A stretch of DNA of 64,000 bases, from positions 79,981-143,980 of the forward strand of contig JAGXFW010000008.1 of NCBI GenBank assembly GCA_024637035.1. Direction: 5' to 3'. Each line of letters starts with the position of its first letter. The first letter of the stretch is position 1. Below are positions 35,671 to 43,668 of the stretch, piece after piece. Below the pieces are notes generated by a model. The model was given only the letters and a program-made list of their open reading frames with translations. It was not told the DNA's origin and did not search any database. Both the position numbers and the translations under genes were made by a program. This DNA comes from Actinomycetes bacterium. Lineage in GTDB: Bacteria; Actinomycetota; Thermoleophilia; RBG-16-64-13.

Positions 35671-35903
35671 CCACCGCCACACACACCGAACCTCGCCTCG
35701 ATGCCATCGAAGCGATCCCCGGGCTCGGGCCCGACGCGCGCCGCATCCTCTATCAGTTGGCCGAGGAAGTCGCCTGCTTCGAGCGCCGCACCGACCAGGC
35801 GCCCATGAGCATCATGGCGCGTGCGCGGGGCGACTTCGAGGTCGCCTTGCAGATGTTCGAGCTGGCCGTGAAGACAGCGGGAGGGCACTACTATGAGGGT
35901 TGA
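35667..35903 (+). CDS. Hypothetical protein between the sbcD and sbcC homologues
   Basis: ATGA overlap upstream. Its 3' end overlaps the sbcC-like start by 11 nt. Confidence 0.45.
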   Translation: MTTATHTEPRLDAIEAIPGLGPDARRILYQLAEEVACFERRTDQAPMSIMARARGDFEVALQMFELAVKTAGGHYYEG

Positions 35904-38199
35904 GTCTCTGACACTGAAAGACTTCAAGAGCTACCAGGACGCCTCGATCGACCTCTCCGGCCTGCAGCTGGCGAGCGTCGTCGGTGCCAACGGCGCGGGC
36001 AAGAGCAGCCTCCTTGAGGCGATCGCCTTCGCCCTCACCGGCGCGCGGTCCATGCGCAACCTCGACCAGTTCATCCGCACGGGCACTGAGGAGTGCCGGG
36101 TCGCTCTCAACTTCTCTACCGGCGGGGAAACCTACCGGCTGACCAGGACGCGCTCCTCACGGGGTTCCGGGAAGTCCACCGTGGAGCTCGCGCGGCAGGC
36201 CGACGGGCTCTGGGTCGCGGAAGGCGACGGCACCCGAGACACCGAGGCCCGCGTGCGGCAGATCCTGGGTGTCGATGAAGATACGCTCCTCGGTACCGCG
36301 ATCGTGAGCCAAGGGGACGCCGGGTCGTTCTTCGCGCTCCGGCCGGCGCAGCGCCTCGAGGCTCTCGGCGCCATCCTGAAGCTCGATGAGCAGTACGGAC
36401 CGATCGAGTCTCACTTCAAGGCCGCGGCTGCAGAGGCCAAGGCGGAGCTCGAGACTGCTCGGCGTGACGTGGAGCGGCTGGAAGCGGACGTGGAGCGGCT
36501 GACGGAGAAGGACGTGGACCTCGACTTCGCTGTTGGGGAGCGGGCCACCTACGCCGTGCGCGTCGAGAAATACGAGCGGGTACTCCAAGAGGCGGGCTTC
36601 GCACTGGAGGCGGCCCGCAGAGGTGCGGCTGACTCCGAGCGTGCCGAGGCTGAACTCACACGGCTGACCGATCACCGGGCGAGCCTCGAGACGCGGGTCC
36701 ACTCTCTGGCGCAAGAACGCGACCGACTCGAGATCCGCGTCTCGGATCGGGCCGACCTCGAGCAGCAGCTCGCAGACCGCGACGTCATCGTGGAGTGGCT
36801 TGCTGACAGCGCCTGTGCCCGCGAGGTAGACCAGGCCGTGGAAGCAGACCGGCGTCTTGCCGAACTGGCGATCGCGACGGCACGTACCCGGTTGGACGAA
36901 GCCACTGAAGAGTATCGACAGACTGAACGCCGAATGACGGCGCTGGCCCGTGAACACGCCGACGCGACAAGCGTGGCGGACCGGTCCGGCCTCGAGGCGG
37001 ACGACGCCGAACGGCGGCTGGTAGTTGTGAAGAATGCAGACACGCCAACCTGCGACCGCTGCGGGCAGGACGTTGGCGGAGAGTCATTGAGGCAGACTGT
37101 CGCGGGGCTCTTCGCTGAATGGCAGACGGCCCGCGCTCGTCACGCTGCGGCAGAGCAAGCCGCGCTCGAGAAGCTCGAGAGTCTGCAGGACGCCCAGGCG
37201 GAGCTGAAGGCGACAAGCGCCACGGGCACGGAACGACGGCACGAGCTAGAGGCAGCCGAGGCAGCTCTGGGCAGTCTCCCCGCGCCCGCCCATGATGCCA
37301 TCGCGCACCAACGCCAAGAGTCATGCCTGCGTGACCTCGACGCGATCCCCGCCCGCCTCGCCGAGATCGCCGCTCTGGGGGAGCGACTCGTCGATGTGCA
37401 GCGTGACGTGACGGAGGCCCGTGATGCCCTGGAGGACCCAGCCCTTACGGATACCCTCACGAAGGCCCGCGAGGCCGCCAGCGGGGCACAGGCAGCGCTG
37501 GGTGACCTCAGGACGGCAGAGCAAGCGGTGCACGGTGCGGAGGCGACACTGAAGTCCGCCCGTGCGACCCACGCGGAGGCCGACAGAGCGGTCGCCCGCC
37601 TCGAGGGTGAGATCTCGCAACTTGCCCCCAGCCGGGACGCTCTCGCCGAGACCACGGGGACCGCCAAGCGCCTCGAGCAAGACCAGGCCGACGCCGAGCT
37701 CCTGCGCAAGGCGTTCAGCAAGTGGGGCGTGCCGGCGCTCATCGTCGGCAACGTGCTCCTGGCTCTGGAGAAGGAGGTCAACGAGCTCCTGGCGCTGTAT
37801 GAGGGCTCCCTGGCTCTGCGCTTCGAGTCAGAGAGGGAGACCCGCGACGGCGCCCGCGAGTCCCTGGAGATCATCGTCTACGACGGGGAGGACTGGCGGC
37901 CGTTCGAGACCTTCTCCGGAGGCGAGCGCTACCGGGTGGCCTCGGCGATGCGACTCGGGTTGGCTCAACTGCTGTCTCATCGATCGGGCGCCCGGGTGGA
38001 GACCCTGATAGTCGATGAGCCGGAAGGGCTTGACGCCCCGGGCCGCGCGCACCTGGCGCGGATCCTGGAGCGGATGGGTGAGACCTTCGGCGTGGTGCTG
38101 CTTCTGACTCACTACGACGACCTGAAGGACGCAATGCCGCAGCAGATCGTGGTCTCTCGCGGCGAGGACGGGTTGTCGCGGGCGGAGGTCGCCGCGTGA
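35893..38199 (+). CDS. sbcC: SbcC/Rad50-family ATPase
   Basis: GANGAGKSS Walker A. Long coiled coil with a CDRCGQ zinc hook. FSGGERYRVASAMRL signature. LIVDEPEGLD Walker B. Confidence 0.85.
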   Translation: MRVESLTLKDFKSYQDASIDLSGLQLASVVGANGAGKSSLLEAIAFALTGARSMRNLDQFIRTGTEECRVALNFSTGGETYRLTRTRSSRGSGKSTVELARQADGLWVAEGDGTRDTEARVRQILGVDEDTLLGTAIVSQGDAGSFFALRPAQRLEALGAILKLDEQYGPIESHFKAAAAEAKAELETARRDVERLEADVERLTEKDVDLDFAVGERATYAVRVEKYERVLQEAGFALEAARRGAADSERAEAELTRLTDHRASLETRVHSLAQERDRLEIRVSDRADLEQQLADRDVIVEWLADSACAREVDQAVEADRRLAELAIATARTRLDEATEEYRQTERRMTALAREHADATSVADRSGLEADDAERRLVVVKNADTPTCDRCGQDVGGESLRQTVAGLFAEWQTARARHAAAEQAALEKLESLQDAQAELKATSATGTERRHELEAAEAALGSLPAPAHDAIAHQRQESCLRDLDAIPARLAEIAALGERLVDVQRDVTEARDALEDPALTDTLTKAREAASGAQAALGDLRTAEQAVHGAEATLKSARATHAEADRAVARLEGEISQLAPSRDALAETTGTAKRLEQDQADAELLRKAFSKWGVPALIVGNVLLALEKEVNELLALYEGSLALRFESERETRDGARESLEIIVYDGEDWRPFETFSGGERYRVASAMRLGLAQLLSHRSGARVETLIVDEPEGLDAPGRAHLARILERMGETFGVVLLLTHYDDLKDAMPQQIVVSRGEDGLSRAEVAA

Positions 38200-38663
38200 A
38201 CCGTCGGGACCAAGCCTACGCCGCAACCACAGTGGCAGTAGCGAAAACGCAGGAGGACATCCGCAAGCTCCTGGTCCGCCACGGCGCTCGGGGGATGCAG
38301 TTGACTGAGATCTTCGACCCGCCCTCCCTGGCGCTGCGATTCCAAGTGTTGATCGGGCCAGACGGCAGGCAGGTCCTGGCCATGGTCAACATGGAGATCC
38401 CCACCGGTGAAGAGGAGGCCCGAAACGAAAAGCAGGCGGACCAGTTCCGCCGGCAGTCGGCCCGGGCGCTGTTCTTCTACCTGAAGAGCCAGCTCGAGGC
38501 GGTGGACTTCGGGCTCGTGCGATTCGAGGAAGCCTTCCTCGCGCATTTCGAGATCCCGACCAAGGCCGGCACGACTACCGTGGGCCGGAGAGTGCTTCCC
38601 GAGTTCCTGGAGGCCTCCGCGCGCGCAGTGCCGCAACTCCTGCCGCCGGGAGACACGGCATGA
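38196..38663 (+). CDS. Hypothetical early protein
   Basis: GTGA overlap upstream. Coding-like composition. Confidence 0.55.
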   Translation: MNRRDQAYAATTVAVAKTQEDIRKLLVRHGARGMQLTEIFDPPSLALRFQVLIGPDGRQVLAMVNMEIPTGEEEARNEKQADQFRRQSARALFFYLKSQLEAVDFGLVRFEEAFLAHFEIPTKAGTTTVGRRVLPEFLEASARAVPQLLPPGDTA

Positions 38664-39370
38664 GAGTCGCCACCTGTCCAGAGCACCCCGGAATCATCAC
38701 CGAGCACAAGGCCTGCTATCGCTGCCATGAGGAGGCACCCGTGGAAGAAACAACCATAACCCTGAAGGCCGCCGGCCGGGCCGTCACGATGACTGAAGAG
38801 CAGTTCCTGGGAGCCGTCAACGGCGGCGCCGATGCGATCGACATGGAGACGGGGGAGCTACTGCACTACCAGCCCACCCTCGACGACAAGGTCTTCGCCG
38901 ACTACACGCCCGAGCACCAGGTGGGCGTCAAGCTCACCAAGGGAAGCAGCAAGTGGTCGCTCGGCACCTTCGGCAAGCTGCTCTCCGGTGAGAAGCTCGA
39001 GCGCGGCCGCGAGGTGATCGTCACGGCGCGCTACTTCGCAAAGAGCGTGCACGTGCCGGCCACGAGCGATGAAGGTCTGGTCTATGAGGGCGAAGGCACG
39101 GTGGAGCTGGAACTGCTCGGGATCCGCACCCTCGAGGTGGGCCGGCAACTGCTTCGGCAAGCGAGCCCGTGGAAGCCCTGCACCTGCCTGGAGCCCTACG
39201 ACCAGGAAGAGGATGGAGACTACCCCGGCGGCCGCAACGTGCTTGCCCACCCGCTGGACGGCTGGAGTGCGCAGCAGGGGTGCACGGTCTGCGCAGGGGT
39301 GGGCTACACGCGGCCGGGGATCAAGCCGGACGACGTGAACCCCGAGGACGAGGGGCACGTGAGTGAGTAG
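38660..39370 (+). CDS. Hypothetical early protein with terminal Cys clusters
   Basis: CPEH...CYRC near the N-terminus and CTC...CTVC near the C-terminus. Confidence 0.55.
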   Translation: MRVATCPEHPGIITEHKACYRCHEEAPVEETTITLKAAGRAVTMTEEQFLGAVNGGADAIDMETGELLHYQPTLDDKVFADYTPEHQVGVKLTKGSSKWSLGTFGKLLSGEKLERGREVIVTARYFAKSVHVPATSDEGLVYEGEGTVELELLGIRTLEVGRQLLRQASPWKPCTCLEPYDQEEDGDYPGGRNVLAHPLDGWSAQQGCTVCAGVGYTRPGIKPDDVNPEDEGHVSE

Positions 39371-39371
39371 C

Positions 39372-39542
39372 GTGACGCCCTGCGGCGGAGACGCCTGGAG
39401 CGACCCCTACGCAGCCGACCGCTGCGGTGTGACCGAACCCACGTGCATGACCTGCGAGAAGGCGGACAAGTGCCTCGGGCGGCACGGGTACGAGTGGGCG
39501 GCGGCGGCTGGGATCGTACTCCTCAGTGCCCCGCCTCGATGA
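39372..39542 (+). CDS. Possible small Cys-rich protein (56 aa)
   Basis: GTG lies 2 nt after the upstream stop. Contains CMTCEKADKC. Not in the track. Confidence 0.3.
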   Translation: MTPCGGDAWSDPYAADRCGVTEPTCMTCEKADKCLGRHGYEWAAAAGIVLLSAPPR

Positions 39543-39777
39543 CATCCTCCCGCCTGACGAGGCCGATGCCGTCCGCCTGTTGTTCCGAGTCCGCAAAGCT
39601 CAACTGCAGGCTGACGGCTGGAGCGCGGAAGCTGCTCACGATGAGGCGACAGACAGCGCGGCAGCCTGGACCGAGGCATTCCACACTGGCTTCCTGGAGT
39701 TCGTGGAGCGGGTGTCGGTTCCGGCAGTCGCGTCGCAGGCACGTCGGGAGGTTCGGCAGATGAGGATGGAATTGTGA
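39526..39777 (+). CDS. Hypothetical early protein
   Basis: Track ORF. Its stop overlaps the next start. Confidence 0.45.
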   Translation: MPRLDDILPPDEADAVRLLFRVRKAQLQADGWSAEAAHDEATDSAAAWTEAFHTGFLEFVERVSVPAVASQARREVRQMRMEL

Positions 39778-40103
39778 CCGGGCGTCGCATGCCCATCGAG
39801 GAAGCCCGCCGCATTGTCGCCAAGTCGCGCGGACAGCAACCGGAGACGGCGATCCGATCGCAGATCCGGGACTGGCTGCGGTGGCGCGGGTGGTTCGTGA
39901 TTCTCCACGTGCAAGGGCCCTTGTCGCACAAGGGGCTCGCGGACCTGTCGGCAGTGCGGGGCGGTGAGACGGTCTATATCGAGGTCAAGACCCCGAAGGG
40001 GACACAGCGGCCCGACCAGGCGGTATTTCAGGCGGACGTGGAGCGCCATGGAGCGCGCTACATCCTAGCGAGGTCAATCGAAGACGTGGAGGTACTCAAG
40101 TGA
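39774..40103 (+). CDS. VRR-NUC domain nuclease
   Basis: IRDWLRWRGWFV...GLADLSAVRGGETVYIEVKTPKG gives D...ExK in the VRR-NUC arrangement. Confidence 0.75.
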   Translation: MTGRRMPIEEARRIVAKSRGQQPETAIRSQIRDWLRWRGWFVILHVQGPLSHKGLADLSAVRGGETVYIEVKTPKGTQRPDQAVFQADVERHGARYILARSIEDVEVLK

Positions 40104-40276
40104 CTCAAACCAAGTCCTTGCTCGTAGTCCCCGCAAAGGGCAGGGCTGTGCCTTCGCCCTGCTCATCATGGCGGAGAAGTACGCGGAGGTTCTCTGCGAC
40201 CAGGGCAAGGGGCCGGTGCAGATCGTGAGTCGGTGGACGGGAGACGTGGTGCAGGTTGTGGAGGAGGAGGCCGACC

Positions 40277-40483
40277 GTGGCAACGTGTAGCAGCTGTGGA
40301 GCAGAGATCCTCTGGGTCACGATGTTCCCAAGCGGGAAGGCGATGCCACTGGATCACAAGGCCGAGAAGCGCATCCGCGTGCTGAGTGTCGAGGGGGAAG
40401 CGCTGGAGGGCCGGATGGTCGACGCCCACACGTCTCACTTCGCGACGTGCCCCGACGCGGCAGCACATCGGAGGCGAACATGA
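40277..40483 (+). CDS. Small CxxC...H..C protein
   Basis: VATCSSCGAEILWV...HFATCPD. GTG 40277 lies within track ORF 40256..40483. Confidence 0.45.
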   Translation: MATCSSCGAEILWVTMFPSGKAMPLDHKAEKRIRVLSVEGEALEGRMVDAHTSHFATCPDAAAHRRRT

Positions 40484-40704
40484 TCCGCCGCTTCGGACGT
40501 GCCGGCGCCCGAGCTCGGGCCATGCAGGAGCGCCGCGAGGTCGCTGCCGCAGCCACTGAAGACACTGAGGACGCAGGGCGGATCGTCGGACGCTGCACCT
40601 TATGCACTGGCACGCATGGCTTCCCGGATCTTCGACAGGCGTGCCCGCGGTGCGGGGCCCCAACGTGTTTCGCGAGGCGATGCGAGTGTGGGGAGACGCG
40701 ATGA
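40480..40704 (+). CDS. Small Cys-rich protein
   Basis: ATGA overlap upstream. Contains CTLCTG...CPRCGAPTC...CECG. Confidence 0.4.
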   Translation: MIRRFGRAGARARAMQERREVAAAATEDTEDAGRIVGRCTLCTGTHGFPDLRQACPRCGAPTCFARRCECGETR

Positions 40705-41702
40705 CCTGGATCCCATCTCATCAGGAGCTACGCGATCATCCGAAGCTGAAGCGTCTTGCGCGGCTTCTGGGCGCCTCTCCAGCCCACGCTTGTGGGCACC
40801 TGCACTTCCTCTGGTACTGGGTCCTGGACTACGCCGTCGACGGAGATCTCTCCGACTTTGATCACGGGGATATTGCCGACGCCGCGGGGTGGACGGGAGA
40901 CCCGGAATTGTTCGTCGCGGCCCTCGTCGACTGCGGCCCGGGAACGTCAAAGGGATTTCTCGAACGCACACGCGGTGGGAAGCTCTTCATTCACGATTGG
41001 GAGGACCACGGCGGAAGTCAGTTCCGCAAGCGCATTCAAGACGCCGAACGTAAGCGTAAGAAAAGAGCCGCTGAGCGGGAAGAACCGGAAACGTCCACCG
41101 GACGTCCGCCGGACATGTCCGAAACGTCCGCCGGACAGGACGCGGACATGTCCGAAACGTCCAAACCAGCGGCGCTGGACGCACCGGACATGTCCGCGAC
41201 GAGAGGAGAGGAGAGGAGAGGACAGAGAAGAGAGGACCCTCCTAAAGAAGATGCTGCTGCTGTCGCGTGCGAGGCCGACGGTGATCCGAGCAGCAGCATT
41301 GAGCAGGAAGAGCAGAAGACCCCGGACCCCACCGAGGAAGACGACCCCACTGATGCGCTGCTCATCGAGCTCTGGGACGTACCTGGGTGGCAACGGTCCC
41401 CAGCGGCGGACCGGCGGGAGCTCGAACGCCTGGGCCGGGAGTACCCACGCGCCGACCTTGCCACGGCGATCGGGCAGCTCCGCGCCAAGGCCCGAGACTC
41501 GACCCTGCGAGGCGGTCCCGCCGTCGCCCTCGTGGCCTTCGCCAAGCGCCTGCATGAGCAGACGGTGCCCGAGGTGCGCAGAGTCCCGCAGGCGGTTGCG
41601 GATGATGAGCCGGAGGGGGAGAGTCTGAGTCGCGAGGAGCAGGCGGCTCGCGCACGGGCCGCCGGTGAGCACGTGCGGAAGTTGCGGGCGGGTGCGTCGT
41701 GA
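40701..41702 (+). CDS. Putative replication organiser/initiator-like protein
   Basis: The N-terminal MTWIPSHQELRDHPKLKRLARLL...HLHFLWYWVLDYA resembles phage replisome-organiser N-domains. Internal DNA iterons are present. Confidence 0.5.
   Translation: MTWIPSHQELRDHPKLKRLARLLGASPAHACGHLHFLWYWVLDYAVDGDLSDFDHGDIADAAGWTGDPELFVAALVDCGPGTSKGFLERTRGGKLFIHDWEDHGGSQFRKRIQDAERKRKKRAAEREEPETSTGRPPDMSETSAGQDADMSETSKPAALDAPDMSATRGEERRGQRREDPPKEDAAAVACEADGDPSSSIEQEEQKTPDPTEEDDPTDALLIELWDVPGWQRSPAADRRELERLGREYPRADLATAIGQLRAKARDSTLRGGPAVALVAFAKRLHEQTVPEVRRVPQAVADDEPEGESLSREEQAARARAAGEHVRKLRAGAS
41088..41236 (+). repeat. Iteron-like repeat cluster plus purine tract inside the replication-organiser gene (candidate origin)
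   Basis: Palindrome GGACATGTCC at 41111, 41144 and 41186. GAAACGTCC at 41088, 41121 and 41154. Exact 19-mer at 41111-41129 and 41144-41162. GAGAGGA-type purine run at 41201-41236. Confidence 0.5.
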
Positions 41703-41899
41703 AGATTGATCCGGGGTTGGTCGACGTGGTGGCCGACCTGCAGCGCCGATGCAGCCGACGCACCCACGGCCGGGTGGTTCTGACCGTCGAGCTTGATGCA
41801 GGGGACGTGGTAGCGCATCGGTGTGAAGAGACGGAGTTGACCGGGGACGACGTGCGGCGCGTGATGGCCGCCAAGCCGCGACCGAGGGCAGACGCATGA
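41699..41899 (+). CDS. Hypothetical small protein
   Basis: GTGA overlap upstream. Track ORF. Confidence 0.4.
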   Translation: MKIDPGLVDVVADLQRRCSRRTHGRVVLTVELDAGDVVAHRCEETELTGDDVRRVMAAKPRPRADA

Positions 41900-42456
41900 C
41901 CCGATACGTGGAGGTGACCGCAGTGACGTTCCGAGACGCGCTCCGACTGTCGACCCTGGACAGCCCCACATTTCGCGAGGACCTGTCCCGGGGGTATGAC
42001 CGCTACCGGTCGCCATGCCGGCGGATCCCGAAGCCCGGGTGGAGGGAAAGGGCCCGGGACTGTTCCCCGGCGTGGCACCGGCGGTGCTGCGCGCTCTGGG
42101 CGGATGATACGTGGCAACGGCCGACGCCGCGATCCATACCCCGCATGAAGTCGGTGTCCGCGGCGGGCAACGCATACAGAGGCAACGGATTGGTCGCCCG
42201 AGGCGGAGAGAATCGCAGCTTGTACCCGGTCGCCTTCCGTGAGCGAGCGGTCGCCCGCAGCCGGTTGTTTCGAGTCCGTGCCCTCGCCCGTCGGGAAGAT
42301 GTACCGCGCGTCGGGGAGGAAGTTCTGCTCCTTGGCAGGAGAATCGAAGTCCTCAGCGTGCGTGTGGGGATGAGCCCAGGCAGTCCCGCTTGGGTATACG
42401 CGACCATACTCGGGCTGGTGCTTGAGGGACAGGCCGAGAAGAAGGTGGCCCTGTGA
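41896..42456 (+). CDS. Hypothetical protein (coding status of the 3' third is doubtful)
   Basis: Third-position G/C is high for this frame from 41941 to 42240. The pattern changes after about 42240. Confidence 0.3.
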   Translation: MTRYVEVTAVTFRDALRLSTLDSPTFREDLSRGYDRYRSPCRRIPKPGWRERARDCSPAWHRRCCALWADDTWQRPTPRSIPRMKSVSAAGNAYRGNGLVARGGENRSLYPVAFRERAVARSRLFRVRALARREDVPRVGEEVLLLGRRIEVLSVRVGMSPGSPAWVYATILGLVLEGQAEKKVAL

Positions 42457-42683
42457 CAGCGCCGCGCTACCGCTGGCTCGAGCACGGCGACGAGGTCCGA
42501 AGCGTCGCCCGCTCCGGCGCCACTCACGGCTGGCTCCGCGGTGAGCAGGGCCGCGTCGAGGTTCTCCCGCCCCCCGGCGCCATCGGCAACGTGCTCGTCC
42601 GCTTCCACGGCTTCGGTCGGGTGGTCGTGCCCGCCGGCACCGTGTGCCCTGTCCCCACCCTCGTCCCAGGAGGTCGACCATGA
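42453..42683 (+). CDS. Hypothetical small protein
   Basis: Track ORF. Start and stop overlap neighbouring genes. Confidence 0.45.
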   Translation: MTAPRYRWLEHGDEVRSVARSGATHGWLRGEQGRVEVLPPPGAIGNVLVRFHGFGRVVVPAGTVCPVPTLVPGGRP

Positions 42684-42720
42684 CACCCCTTGCGGAATTC
42701 TCCGCTGTGGCGGCAGTGGC

Positions 42721-43005
42721 ATGAGAGGAGGGTCTGTGGCGGGTGAGGAGGAAGACTACGCCGCGCTCAGAGAGCGGTGTGATATCGCGGAGGTGCAGTG
42801 GGCATACTGGCAGGAGCAGTGCGCGCTGCTGAACGCGGAGCAGAGGACCCACCGGCGCGTGGTAGCGACGTGGATCGAGGCTCAGGACGGGTTCCCCGCA
42901 CACTGGTCGTTCAACTGCTCACCCGAGAAGTGCTCATGCCAGCGCCGCCGACACGAGCAGGCAGTGGCCTACGGCCGTGCGCCGACAGACGAGGAGACGA
43001 CATGA
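42721..43005 (+). CDS. Hypothetical Cys-containing protein (94 aa)
   Basis: ATG 42721 lies within track ORF 42541..43005. Flanked by a ~41-nt direct repeat. Confidence 0.45.
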   Translation: MRGGSVAGEEEDYAALRERCDIAEVQWAYWQEQCALLNAEQRTHRRVVATWIEAQDGFPAHWSFNCSPEKCSCQRRRHEQAVAYGRAPTDEETT

Positions 43006-43112
43006 CACCCCTCGCCGAATTCGCCGCCGTGGCGACGATCGCCTACCTGGCCGGCGCGGTGTCGGCCTTTCTCTTGGCGCGCTGGGCTGGGCGCCCGAGG
43101 AAGAGGGCCTGA
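43002..43112 (+). CDS. Small membrane protein (36 aa)
   Basis: MTPLAEFAAVATIAYLAGAVSAFLLARWAGRPRKRA. Its first ~14 codons are duplicated at 42680-42724. Confidence 0.4.
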   Translation: MTPLAEFAAVATIAYLAGAVSAFLLARWAGRPRKRA

Positions 43113-43549
43113 TGCGCCGGGAGCGGCGTCCCCTCCGGGACAACCTGCGGCGCTGGAACTTCAAGAACGTGGAGTCCCTCGGTGAGGCGCTCGACGAGTA
43201 CGCGAGCTTCGATGACGGCACTGCTCTCCGCCGGTACGGTGAGCGCGGCCCCGGCGCCAGAGACGACGAAGCGTTGGAGAACCGCCGAGAAACGATCATG
43301 TGCCAGAACGCCGAGATCGACCGGCGGATGGTGATGCTCTCCGCCACGGCTCCCCTCTACTTTCGGCTACTGGACTCGTACTACCGCGGCGGCCTCTGCT
43401 ACGAGGTCAAAGGTTGGGAGCAAACGGCCCGCCGGGCCGGGCTTCCGCATGATCGCCGAGCCCACAAGAAGCGATTCGAGGTAATGCTTGAGTGGGCGAC
43501 GGAGGCGCTTTTTTTCTGCCGTTCGAAGCCGCCCAGAGCGGTCGCTTGA
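43112..43549 (+). CDS. Putative late-gene transcription regulator (activator or antiterminator)
   Basis: Last early gene, directly upstream of a promoter-like site and terminator hairpin that precede the late operon. No motif recognised. Confidence 0.35.
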   Translation: MRRERRPLRDNLRRWNFKNVESLGEALDEYASFDDGTALRRYGERGPGARDDEALENRRETIMCQNAEIDRRMVMLSATAPLYFRLLDSYYRGGLCYEVKGWEQTARRAGLPHDRRAHKKRFEVMLEWATEALFFCRSKPPRAVA

Positions 43550-43608
43550 CACTCACGGCGGACCCGTGATAGCTTGACAAGCGTTGGGATACTAGAATTG
43601 CGCCCTGA

Positions 43609-43636
43609 GGGCCGCTCACCCCGAGCGGCCCTTTTC
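43609..43636 (+). terminator. Intrinsic terminator-like hairpin upstream of the late operon
   Basis: GGGCCGCTC (43609-43617), 5-nt loop, GAGCGGCCC (43623-43631), then TTTTC. Confidence 0.6.
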
Positions 43637-43668
43637 TATGCCCCCACATTTCCGAGGAGGCAACCCCC

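Noticed and set aside
41362-42903. A 513-aa minus-strand ORF. My hand count of G/C by codon phase in 42241-42360 actually favours this minus frame (phase pattern high/low/medium as GC3/GC2/GC1).
   Set aside because: The frame has no stop until 41362 and would overlap several plus-strand genes. Phase counts for 41941-42240 clearly favour the plus frame. Most of the translation is low-complexity Arg/Pro/Ser. I left it as unresolved composition noise in the 3' part of 41896..42456.
43574-43598. TTGACA and TAGAAT as a canonical sigma-70 promoter.
   Set aside because: The hexamers are separated by only 13 nt rather than 16-18. I keep it as promoter-like (TAGAAT alone fits an actinobacterial -10) and do not annotate it as a promoter feature.
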